This document shows positions 19,659 to 28,317 of a DNA stretch of 64,000 nt, in pieces; within the stretch, counting starts at the first letter, position 1, and each line of letters begins with the position of its first letter. A program made the translations under genes and the position numbers. The stretch is from IMG/VR virus record IMGVR_UViG_3300027808_002699, one strand, 5' to 3'. The DNA is from an uncultured virus (IMG/VR IMGVR_UViG_3300027808_002699). Taxonomy: Duplodnaviria; Heunggongvirae; Uroviricota; Caudoviricetes. The notes beneath the pieces are model-generated. The model saw only the letters and a program-made list of their open reading frames with translations, did not search any database and was not told the DNA's origin.

Positions 19659-21509
19659 CTAACTACCACTGGAACGCTGAGAGATTCGGCGCATTAAGTC
19701 AGCCAGAACAGAATGAGAAACTTCTGTATTTCCATCTGTCACAGAATTGACGATTCCTCTTTTTTGTTCTATCAATTCATAGATATCTTCGTCGATTGTT
19801 CCTGCACACATAATATAATAAACTTGAACATTATTTGTCTGTCCGTAACGATGGCATCTATCTTCTGCTTGGTCATGAATTGCGGGTGTCCAGTCTTGCT
19901 GAACAAAAAGGACATCTGATGCGGCTGTCAGCGTGATGCCTACAGAACCAGCCTGAAGGTTAAGAACAATTACTCGTGCTTTAGGGTCATTCTGGAATGT
20001 GTCGATTGCATGCTGTCGTTCATCCATCTCGTCTTTTCCGCTAACACGCAGGCCACCATACTTTTTAGCCAAGGTATCCACGATGCTCACATTGTGGGCA
20101 AAGACAACAAGTTTTCTATCTGTGGATTCCAGGAATAAATCAATCCATTCATATGTTGCATCCATCTTGGCTTCTGTAGCGAGTTTCTTTAGAACTCCTG
20201 TTTTCAGCAAGTGCTGTGCCGAGTCTTTTGCCTTATAGCCATTCTCGGCAAGGAATGAAACTAGGTCCTTCTCAGCCCGCATATAAGCAAGCATCTGAGA
20301 TGGGGAACCAGTTACGGTCACGATGTTGCGTGACTTCTCTGGAAGGTCTTTAAGTACATCTTCCTTAATGCGGCGGATATAGCAGATTTGACGCAATCTA
20401 ATGTTCAACTCGTTGGTATTAGACGCTCCAGATGTATCCCAATGGTAACCATCGTAGTAAGCACCCGCATAGCGCTTCAGGAATGCCCACTTGCCACCAA
20501 ACTTGCCAAGTACTCCCAATATATCTAATTGGCTTACAATCTCTTGTGGGGCGTTTGTGATGGGCGTACCGCTAAGAAGAAGTACCATTCCAGACTGAGG
20601 AACATACTTTGCTATCTGCATAACATTCTTTGTTCGTGTAGCAGATGGATTCTTTACATAATGAGACTCATCGCAAATCATTGACTTGAGATTCACAAAC
20701 TTTAGTGCCCCAACAAAGCGAGTTATAATGTCATAGTTTGTTATAATTACATCTGCTTTTGTAACTTCATCTTTGGAATTAAGAATCTTTACCTCGCGAT
20801 GAGGTGCCCACTTATTCCATTCACGAGACCAGTTCTCTTTAAGAGACTTGGGGCATACGACAATTACTGGGTAAGCGTTCTCTTGTTCAATTGCTGCAAT
20901 AGCCTGAATTGTCTTTCCGAGACCCATTTGGTCTGCGATAAAGCACCTTCTGGTCTCAATGGCGTATTTAACTCCAGCCTTTTGATAAGGCATAAGTTCT
21001 CCAGTAAGACCAGATATCTGGATATCGGCATCGGTGGCGGAAGAACTTTCTAGGCGGTCAGCGGCTGAGGTGATGCTGCCTTCCATCTCGTTCTTGATAT
21101 CAGCATCGACATCGAACGAAAACCTAAAAGCAAACTGCATCAACTCTTGAGTTATATTTGCAGTCCAGCGCTTATCTTTGGTATCCCACTTTTTCCCAGG
21201 AAGAGACTTGATTGCCTCAATTACTTCTTCGTTATATTCGAACTCAACTATTGCCTGTTTTTTATATGGATAAATACGCCTGGCAATCTGCTTTGGTTTT
21301 GGCTTATCTTCAACATTAAAAGCGTCTAGTGGAAATCCATATGACTCAGCAAATTCTTGTAAGTCTTTTACATACCTACTGCTTACAGTCCATACGGAAT
21401 GCTTTGGATTCCAAGATGCGGTAGGAAGGTCTGCAATAATATCCACCAATGATTGCTCATATGGGAATACTATTGAGTATAAATTTCCATGCTTTTTAAT
21501 GGACTTCAT
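19659..21509 (-). CDS. SNF2-family helicase/translocase with two N-terminal HARP-like domains (SMARCAL1-like)
   Basis: ADQMGLGKT, DESH, LLSGTP, AGSVGITLTAA, QAEDRCHRYGQ; N-terminal F.Y....V..I..LP...W......W occurs twice. Confidence 0.9.
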   Translation of the reverse strand: MKSIKKHGNLYSIVFPYEQSLVDIIADLPTASWNPKHSVWTVSSRYVKDLQEFAESYGFPLDAFNVEDKPKPKQIARRIYPYKKQAIVEFEYNEEVIEAIKSLPGKKWDTKDKRWTANITQELMQFAFRFSFDVDADIKNEMEGSITSAADRLESSSATDADIQISGLTGELMPYQKAGVKYAIETRRCFIADQMGLGKTIQAIAAIEQENAYPVIVVCPKSLKENWSREWNKWAPHREVKILNSKDEVTKADVIITNYDIITRFVGALKFVNLKSMICDESHYVKNPSATRTKNVMQIAKYVPQSGMVLLLSGTPITNAPQEIVSQLDILGVLGKFGGKWAFLKRYAGAYYDGYHWDTSGASNTNELNIRLRQICYIRRIKEDVLKDLPEKSRNIVTVTGSPSQMLAYMRAEKDLVSFLAENGYKAKDSAQHLLKTGVLKKLATEAKMDATYEWIDLFLESTDRKLVVFAHNVSIVDTLAKKYGGLRVSGKDEMDERQHAIDTFQNDPKARVIVLNLQAGSVGITLTAASDVLFVQQDWTPAIHDQAEDRCHRYGQTNNVQVYYIMCAGTIDEDIYELIEQKRGIVNSVTDGNTEVSHSVLADLMRRISQRSSGS

Positions 21510-21760
21510 TTAGAAATATAAAGGCTTTCGTTGTAGATTGCTCGGCGCTCTTTGGGAGTAGTACCACCCCAAACGCCAAAAAACATCTGGTTCCTAACAG
21601 CATAGTCAAGGCACTCTTTGGCTACTGGACATTCTGCGCAGATTAGTTTTGCATTTCTGTAAAGAGCGTACTCTTTTCCAGCCTGTTCCTCTGATGGAAA
21701 AAACAATTCTGTTTTACTTCTGCAGACTGCTTGTTCAAGCCACGGTTCTTTAAGACTCAT
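21506..21760 (-). CDS. whiB: WhiB-family Fe-S transcriptional regulator
   Basis: W...A.C...ELFFP...C..CPV...CL..A......GVWGG.T..ER with four Cys. Confidence 0.95.
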   Translation of the reverse strand: MSLKEPWLEQAVCRSKTELFFPSEEQAGKEYALYRNAKLICAECPVAKECLDYAVRNQMFFGVWGGTTPKERRAIYNESLYISK

Positions 21761-21780
21761 GTATTCCTTTATATTAATTT

Positions 21781-22224
21781 TTATCTTGCTAAAGCAGACC
21801 AAAGTTCAAGGTCATGTGATTCTGGAGATAACCCAGCAGACTCACTTTGCTGCTTGTGAATCATTATAGCGGCTGCAAGCAATTCCGCACGGGAATTATT
21901 ATCATTTCCGCCAAACATCATTGTTTTAACTTCTGTAATTCTGCGTTGCAATCCAGCCTTGTATCGTAAGGCTTTTCTTTGCCAAGCATCAAACTTGTCT
22001 TTTTCAAACTTATATTCTTCCGTATTTACAATGTTCAACTTGACATCTTCTGTCATCATTGAAACCCTGTCACGGTGATATGTCATTTGCGAATCAAGTT
22101 CGTTTAATGCATTGATTAGCGCATTGAGCCAACTATTGTGTTGCTCTGGATTGTTGAGAAATTCAACTTCCTCTTCGGTTGCTTGTCCCTTGCATTCGCG
22201 CTTGGCAATGTCTTGGATGTCCAT
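21781..22224 (-). CDS. Hypothetical coiled-coil protein
   Basis: 147 aa, helical; ends D..LW.AL. Confidence 0.65.
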   Translation of the reverse strand: MDIQDIAKRECKGQATEEEVEFLNNPEQHNSWLNALINALNELDSQMTYHRDRVSMMTEDVKLNIVNTEEYKFEKDKFDAWQRKALRYKAGLQRRITEVKTMMFGGNDNNSRAELLAAAIMIHKQQSESAGLSPESHDLELWSALAR

Positions 22225-22285
22225 GTATTCCTACTTATTGTATCTTTATAAAAATACGGGCTACATAGGTAGTTTTGTCCGTAAA

Positions 22286-22450
22286 TTAATCTCTATTAAA
22301 AATCGCGCCGAGCAAGTGAACTGCTAGCGATACAAGACTGATTATAATGCCATAGGTGCGCGTTTGACCACTAAGGGTGATAAGTACCAATCCAGTACCA
22401 CCGATTGTCCATGCAAGTTCATTAGCCTGCTCTGCAATTTTCTTAAACAT
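22286..22450 (-). CDS. Small two-TM membrane protein (54 aa, not in the ORF track)
   Basis: My translation: MFKKIAEQANELAWTIGGTGLVLITLSGQTRTYGIIISLVSLAVHLLGAIFNRD*; AGGAG SD upstream. Confidence 0.75.
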   Translation of the reverse strand: MFKKIAEQANELAWTIGGTGLVLITLSGQTRTYGIIISLVSLAVHLLGAIFNRD

Positions 22451-22462
22451 ATGTATCTCCTA

Positions 22463-24295
22463 CTATTTTGTTTTTCTTGAATTCTTTTTGGTTTCCACTG
22501 GAGCGCCACCACCAGAAGGTCCACTTGGATTGCTATTACCACTAGGTGCGGTTGGTGCACTTGTACCAGTAGCACCCATTGCTGTCATTGCCGCACCTGC
22601 TGCTGCGGAGGCAACTATGACTCTTCTTGTTGAAACATCTACAGAAGAACCAAGCGGGACATACACATCAATAACCCCATCAAATACATTGATTTCTGTT
22701 TCAAATGATTCGCGTACTTCTGTGGGTGCTTCCTGTACGGCATCTACAAGTTGCGCTGCTTGTTCTGGAGAAACATCCGATATCTGAACAGCATCAAAAA
22801 TTTCTGCTGCTTGGTCACCATCGACACTTTGAAGCACTTTTGAACTCGTGGCAAGTTCCGTTGCTTGGTCTTCAGTTATTCCATTTTCAACAATCGCATC
22901 GACTGCGCTTGCAACTTGTTCTGGACTAACTGTTTCAGATTCAAGGATTCCCACAACTTCAGCAAACTGCTCTGCGTCCAAAGGCTGGTCTAAGACATTA
23001 GAGATGACTGATGCAAATTTTTCATCCGAAATTGGCTTATCAAAGATTACATCCAGAACGGCAGTCAACTCTTCTTTAGATAATGGTTCGGCAAAAACCT
23101 GGTCGATTACTGCAGAGAACTGCTCGCCAGTAAGGGGCTTATCAAGAATTGTATTAACTGCGGCACCAAGTTCTTCTGGACTTGAGGCGGAAGAAACAAC
23201 ATCCGCTACTGCTGAAGCAAGTGCTGCTACTGATGCCGTAGTGGGGTCAATCAGGGCCGCTTTATCTTCCAGAATCGGTGGAAGGGTCGTTGTGGTGGTT
23301 ACAACTGGAACCAAGGTTGTTGTTGTCGATGTAGTCGATGTGGTCGATGTTTCAACAACTGGCTCAAATATCTTGTTAATTAAGGCAGTTGTGGTTGTAG
23401 TCGGCGCTTCTGAAGTTGTTGTGACGACTGGTTGCTCCGTAGTGGTAGTTACTATTCTTGGAACTTCTGTCGTGGTGGTCGTTGTACTGGTAGTAGTAGT
23501 CGTACTTGTTGTACTTGTTGTAGTAGTCGTACTGCTTGTGGTAGTCGTATTTGTTTCTGTTACGCCAGTTATCTCGTCTGAATAAGCAGAGTAAACTCTT
23601 TCCGTATCGTTGTCTGCACGAACTCTAATCTTGCATGATACATCAGATGACAAATCTTCAATAATGGCATTTGTGGTTTGGGAAATAGCACCTAGATGTG
23701 GTTGCGAACCGTCATTGCAATCAACGAGAACTATGTATCGCTCTACTTCAACATTGGATTGTTCTGGTGCATCCCAACTTATATAAATTTTGCTGTCATT
23801 TACTGATATAACTTGAACATTAGTGGGAGCATTCAGGTATGGAGCCAGAGTCGTAGTCGTTGTGCTGGTTGTAGTCGTTGTTGTGGGGGGAGCGTTTGTT
23901 GCTTCGGAGTTTGTCTCTACTGTATAAAACTCGCCATACCATCCATCTGGATTACCACAGCAGACGCTTGTCCTTAGGCGATAAATACCAGTCTGCTGAA
24001 CATCATAAGAAATGTAAGAATCCAGACCGTAGTAGTCGTCATTGACTGCCAATACGGAATCATCGCTGTCATATAGCCACAACTGGCTATCAATCCCATA
24101 AGACTGGGCAGTTGCTCGTGCCGTAAAGGTGCTTCCAGAGTAAAGATTAAAATAGAAATCTTCAGGACCATGAGTTGTTAAAACACTGCTTTGAGCCACT
24201 ACTGAATCGGCTTTTACCGTATTGGCAGCAAAGTTTCCTGCTACCAATTGAATTAAAGCATAGATTATTAGGGAAACACCTATTTTTTTGGTCAC
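22463..24295 (-). CDS. Exported protein: signal peptide, PPC-like domain, FN3, Thr-rich linkers, acidic helical repeats, C-terminal hydrophobic segment
   Basis: N-terminal basic plus hydrophobic leader; DSQLWLY......NDD..GLDSYI; APTNV......ISWDAP (FN3); poly-Thr tracts. Confidence 0.75.
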   Translation of the reverse strand: MTKKIGVSLIIYALIQLVAGNFAANTVKADSVVAQSSVLTTHGPEDFYFNLYSGSTFTARATAQSYGIDSQLWLYDSDDSVLAVNDDYYGLDSYISYDVQQTGIYRLRTSVCCGNPDGWYGEFYTVETNSEATNAPPTTTTTTSTTTTTLAPYLNAPTNVQVISVNDSKIYISWDAPEQSNVEVERYIVLVDCNDGSQPHLGAISQTTNAIIEDLSSDVSCKIRVRADNDTERVYSAYSDEITGVTETNTTTTSSTTTTTSTTSTTTTTSTTTTTTEVPRIVTTTTEQPVVTTTSEAPTTTTTALINKIFEPVVETSTTSTTSTTTTLVPVVTTTTTLPPILEDKAALIDPTTASVAALASAVADVVSSASSPEELGAAVNTILDKPLTGEQFSAVIDQVFAEPLSKEELTAVLDVIFDKPISDEKFASVISNVLDQPLDAEQFAEVVGILESETVSPEQVASAVDAIVENGITEDQATELATSSKVLQSVDGDQAAEIFDAVQISDVSPEQAAQLVDAVQEAPTEVRESFETEINVFDGVIDVYVPLGSSVDVSTRRVIVASAAAGAAMTAMGATGTSAPTAPSGNSNPSGPSGGGAPVETKKNSRKTK

Positions 24296-24348
24296 ATAGT
24301 AATCATAAAATTATTTTATGAATAGAATATGTACTTCTTTTGAGTGAC

Positions 24349-24876
24349 TTATTCTGGCTTAGGAAGTGCTCGCCAAGCGGCTTCAAACTTCGCAGCATCC
24401 TTAGCCATCTCTGGAGAAAGTTCTACATGCAACCACTTACCGCCAAAAGAACCAGCGTTGTCATCTTTTGTAAAAATCTTTACGCCTTTGGCCCCTTCGC
24501 CACGGCTGCAGCGGAAGCCTCTTCCGAAACCTTGGTTCTTGTCTTTTGTATTGGTATCAAAGGCATAGTCGTGGATTTCTTCAATGCCCAATGCCTCTGT
24601 GTTGGCCAAGAACCAATCCCACATAGCCACACCGACCTTGCGGTCTGTATATCCAAGGTCAATAGCGGCACCAGTAGCATGAACAGACATCCACTTTTCC
24701 ATGCCAGGGTCGCCCATTTTCTTGCCTTCAGTATGAGAATTTCGCATCAATCGGGCGACATAAATCCCCATATTGGTTGCTTTCCAGCGCTTGTTGCAAA
24801 GTTCAGCAAGTTTCTGAGTTCCAGGCTGTGCGCCTTTTCCATCGAATGAAGGGTAATAAGAGTATTTTCTGGCCAT
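24349..24876 (-). CDS. Zinc peptidase of M15/Hedgehog-DD-peptidase fold, probable endolysin catalytic domain
   Basis: R...S.HATG.A.D and W.H.E zinc-ligand motifs; no cell-wall binding domain. Confidence 0.7.
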   Translation of the reverse strand: MARKYSYYPSFDGKGAQPGTQKLAELCNKRWKATNMGIYVARLMRNSHTEGKKMGDPGMEKWMSVHATGAAIDLGYTDRKVGVAMWDWFLANTEALGIEEIHDYAFDTNTKDKNQGFGRGFRCSRGEGAKGVKIFTKDDNAGSFGGKWLHVELSPEMAKDAAKFEAAWRALPKPE

Positions 24877-24908
24877 GTCTAAATTGTATACCAGTATAGT
24901 CTGATTAT

Positions 24909-25973
24909 CTAATTAGACCTTAACTCATACCATCCCTTACCCCATAGGGATAAGAGGCGTGTGAAGTATTGCTCATACATGATTCCGACAGCATCAAGGC
25001 CATAACGGTCTTTTGAGTACTGGCTGATTGCTGCTCGGTCAAGGTGTTTTGCGGCTTCGGCAGCATCGACAAACTCTTGAAGAGTGTGACATCTGAACCC
25101 AGTAACGCCATCAATGACGGTTTCTGTGAAAGCGCCCCAGTCAGTTGATATCACTGGAGACCCACAAGCCATCGCTTCGATAGCAACAGTCCCAAAAGGC
25201 TCTACATAAATAGTGGGTGTAAAGGTGGCGATTGCTCCACCCATTAACTTGGCTCGCTCTTCTGTTCCGACAACGCCGACATACTCGCCGTACTCTGGCG
25301 GTACACCCTGTCCAGCAATCACCAGACGCTTTCCTAGGGCTTTACAGACCTCAACTGCAATCTGATAGCCCTTACGCTCAATTAAGCGTCCTATGTACAG
25401 GTAGTAGTCGTCTGGTTCTTCCTGTAAAGGGAAGTCCTTAACATCAATATAACTTGGAATAACGGTGTCAAAGAACTTGCCGTCAAGGGCATGGGGGTCG
25501 GTAACTTTGGAGCCATAGCAGGAGTGCATCCATGCGTAGGACTCAAATACCTTGTAGTTGGCAAACGACCCACCATAGCCAATCCCAAACTCCACGCTTA
25601 GTTCGTCTGGAAATGCGTCAGCAATTGGCTTAGAGGCATAGCCAGCGATAAGGCAAATAAAGTCCTTATGCTCTAGGCGCTCCTTAATGCCTTCAATTAC
25701 ATTGCCATTGAATGTCTGCCAGTGCGGAAGATTCCAGTCAAAAGAAGCGGCTGAGTAATGCCCGCCACCGACAGCCTCTAAACGCTGTTCTTCGGTAATG
25801 CACATGATGTGCTCGTCACAAGGGGCTTCGTTGAACTCCCCACCATAGAGAAAGACGGTATGACCGAGGTCTTTCATCATTATGCAAAACTTGCGGACTT
25901 TTTCCGTATAGGCACAGGCGGTGAAGTCCTCTGTCGTGTTCGTATGGGGCAAACTAACTATATGAAAGCGCAT
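24909..25973 (-). CDS. Glycosyltransferase, GT-B fold (family 4-like)
   Basis: YIGRL.ERKG, EPFG.V.IEAMACG.PVI.TD.GA..E.V.DG.TGF. Confidence 0.92.
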   Translation of the reverse strand: MRFHIVSLPHTNTTEDFTACAYTEKVRKFCIMMKDLGHTVFLYGGEFNEAPCDEHIMCITEEQRLEAVGGGHYSAASFDWNLPHWQTFNGNVIEGIKERLEHKDFICLIAGYASKPIADAFPDELSVEFGIGYGGSFANYKVFESYAWMHSCYGSKVTDPHALDGKFFDTVIPSYIDVKDFPLQEEPDDYYLYIGRLIERKGYQIAVEVCKALGKRLVIAGQGVPPEYGEYVGVVGTEERAKLMGGAIATFTPTIYVEPFGTVAIEAMACGSPVISTDWGAFTETVIDGVTGFRCHTLQEFVDAAEAAKHLDRAAISQYSKDRYGLDAVGIMYEQYFTRLLSLWGKGWYELRSN

Positions 25974-26046
25974 CCCGAAATACTAGCAATAAACTGGTTT
26001 AATCGCCAACTGGAACAACAATTTTCATTGTGTCCCCTTCAAGGTT

Positions 26047-26574
26047 TTAATAAACTGCGCCGATGTCTTCAATGGTCAAAAAAGCAAAGCGTGTCGATGT
26101 GCGTTGGAGTGTTGGACTTCCTGATGTGGAAAATGTTGATGCTTTTGCTGTGATGACGGTTGCGCCTGCGGTCAATGTTCCGACATAAATACAACTACAC
26201 GATGAATAAGTAGTATTTGACGGAACATGAGGCGACGAGGCTTCCATCAGCAGTTGCGCGCCGTTATATACAAACATCGTTTGACCCGTGCCTGACGATG
26301 TTACACTTCCTCTGATGCGCGGCTCGTAATAAGTAATACGATACAAACGCCCCGCAACCGCTGTAAAACTTGCCGAAGTCAATGTCGTGACAACTGAAGT
26401 AGTCAAAATATAGTCTGTCCCGCTTGTGACCACATTTGTCATTATGCCTCGTGGTGTTGATGGACTCGTAGCACCAGTCGGACCTTGCGCACCAGTCGGA
26501 CCCTGCGGACCCGTAGAGCCAGTAGGACCAATCGGACCCTTGATGCCGTTAGCAATTTGAGGGTCACGAATCAT
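26047..26574 (-). CDS. Short collagen-like fibre protein with C-terminal beta-sandwich domain
   Basis: G-X-Y run; C-terminal domain paralogous to that of 36500..37468 (PRG.M...FTAVA.R.Y.I..YEP...EDIG). Confidence 0.75.
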   Translation of the reverse strand: MIRDPQIANGIKGPIGPTGSTGPQGPTGAQGPTGATSPSTPRGIMTNVVTSGTDYILTTSVVTTLTSASFTAVAGRLYRITYYEPRIRGSVTSSGTGQTMFVYNGAQLLMEASSPHVPSNTTYSSCSCIYVGTLTAGATVITAKASTFSTSGSPTLQRTSTRFAFLTIEDIGAVY

Positions 26575-26936
26575 GGTGTAATCCTATTGACAAAACCATA
26601 AACAGAAATATACCCCGTCCAAACAGGCGATTCACCAGAAATAATTAAACCGCTGCTCCCATCACCAGATACAATTTGCCCTTGCAAAATGCTAGTTATA
26701 GAATTTGGAGGAAGAAGCAATCTGATGATTCCTCCTTCTACTTCGCCTGCATAAACAGAGAAATTTATAACTACAGTTTGCTCTGCAGCATCTGTATTTT
26801 TAGCCCAAAGCCATACTTCGTCAAGAATTGTTGAACTAGAACCTGTTGTATGAATGGTCATTGGAAACGCATTTGTTAGACTTATTAATTGCCCTTGTGA
26901 CGAGCCACTTAGTTTCTTTTTTTCGTATGTAGCCAT
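26571..26936 (-). CDS. Hypothetical structural protein in the fibre module
   Basis: 121 aa; K..LSGS..G..I....IHTTG.S....DEVWL.A.N...GFVNRI. Confidence 0.65.
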   Translation of the reverse strand: MATYEKKKLSGSSQGQLISLTNAFPMTIHTTGSSSTILDEVWLWAKNTDAAEQTVVINFSVYAGEVEGGIIRLLLPPNSITSILQGQIVSGDGSSGLIISGESPVWTGYISVYGFVNRITP

Positions 26937-26945
26937 AATAATTTC

Positions 26946-27974
26946 CTAACTAAAAACTTGAACTTCAAGAATGTTTGCGACAGCAGCCAAGCCTGTTGCT
27001 CCAGTTGCACCAGCGGTTCCACTGGGCCCTGTAGCGCCAACATTACCTTGGATGCCTTGCGGTCCAGTAGCACCCGTCAAACCTGTTGGACCAGTTGGTC
27101 CGACTATGCCAGTAGGACCAGTAACTCCTGTTGCTCCAACTGGACCTGTAGCGCCGACTGGGCCAGTTGCGCCAGTGTCGCCAACATCTCCAGTTCTTGC
27201 AAAAGTAATTTGGATGTCATCAGCATCCACGAAACTTGTTACCGAACCACTCATGAACGAAACAGGAACATGGTAGTGATTGTTGTAGTGGAAATGCGAA
27301 CCAGTTATGGAAAAGAAAGCATAATCATCAGGAGTTGCTGCATCGTAGATTTTAAAGTTACCCTTGATTGCGGATGATGAGTCGTCAATTGTGTCAAGGA
27401 AACCTTGTGTCAAAACTGCGTTAGCGTCGTAGAACGAGATATAAAGAGTCGTTGCGCTGCTTATCGTCGTGTTGTCAAACCCAAGTATTCCACTTGGGAA
27501 GGCATCGTGGATTTCTGTCGGGAATGAAGTCTCATAGGTATATTCAAAGGTCGCTCCACCGAATGTTCCCTGTGGTCCAGTTGCGCCCGTTGCTCCAGTA
27601 GCACCTGCAGCACCAGTTACGCCAGTAGGCCCTGTCGGTCCAGTTACTCCATCAATCCCGTTACTACCGTCCGAACCGTTTGCTCCAGCGGTTCCTGAAG
27701 GACCAGTTGCTCCGACATCGCCTTGGATTCCCTGAACGCCAGTAGGTCCTGTTGGTCCGATATCTCCAGTTGTGCCAGTTAGCCCTGTAGCACCCGTGAG
27801 TCCTGTGGCACCAGTAAGGCCAGTAGGGCCCTGAACTCCTGTTGGTCCTGTCGGACCCTGTACGCCTTCTAGTGATACATTGAGCACCCATTTACCACTG
27901 GAATAGGTCCATGTTTTACCACCGACTGTATAGTTGTCGCCTTCTAGGGGTAAATCTGGAAAATCAATAGCCAT
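26946..27974 (-). CDS. Collagen triple-helix repeat fibre protein
   Basis: MAIDFP N-terminal module; two GPT/GAT/GLT tracts flanking a globular domain. Confidence 0.85.
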   Translation of the reverse strand: MAIDFPDLPLEGDNYTVGGKTWTYSSGKWVLNVSLEGVQGPTGPTGVQGPTGLTGATGLTGATGLTGTTGDIGPTGPTGVQGIQGDVGATGPSGTAGANGSDGSNGIDGVTGPTGPTGVTGAAGATGATGATGPQGTFGGATFEYTYETSFPTEIHDAFPSGILGFDNTTISSATTLYISFYDANAVLTQGFLDTIDDSSSAIKGNFKIYDAATPDDYAFFSITGSHFHYNNHYHVPVSFMSGSVTSFVDADDIQITFARTGDVGDTGATGPVGATGPVGATGVTGPTGIVGPTGPTGLTGATGPQGIQGNVGATGPSGTAGATGATGLAAVANILEVQVFS

Positions 27975-28013
27975 ATTGACCAAGTTTACACCATGAAGGG
28001 CATAAGGTCTGTG

Positions 28014-28295
28014 TTAGTAAAAATGCTTGAATATGGACAGAATTGCCAATATTACCCATGCCACATTAAACAAAATAATCGTGGGCAATGTTTTTTTCGT
28101 GGATGTCCAAATAAGGCTAACGCTAGATATAACGGCAAAAATGTATAGCCACCAAATCTGGGCATCAAATAGTAGCCCTGGGAAAATGATGGCTATCTTT
28201 GTGGTAAATCCCCACGCTTCAACAATGTTTACTTTTGTCCAGTAATCTCGTGAACTCATGGTCTTCACTGCGACAATAATTTTCTTGAAAAACAT
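28014..28295 (-). CDS. Small multi-pass membrane protein
   Basis: 93 aa with about three hydrophobic segments; divergent from the P450 gene. Confidence 0.7.
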   Translation of the reverse strand: MFFKKIIVAVKTMSSRDYWTKVNIVEAWGFTTKIAIIFPGLLFDAQIWWLYIFAVISSVSLIWTSTKKTLPTIILFNVAWVILAILSIFKHFY

Positions 28296-28317
28296 GGCTA
28301 GAATCTAGCACATGTTT
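28289..28317. promoter_or_regulatory. Near-palindromic bidirectional promoter with overlapping -10 boxes
   Basis: aaacatg-gctaga-a-tctagc-a-catgttt; plus-strand TAGAAT lies 7 nt before ATG 28312; minus-strand TAGATT lies 6 nt before ATG 28295. Confidence 0.6.
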
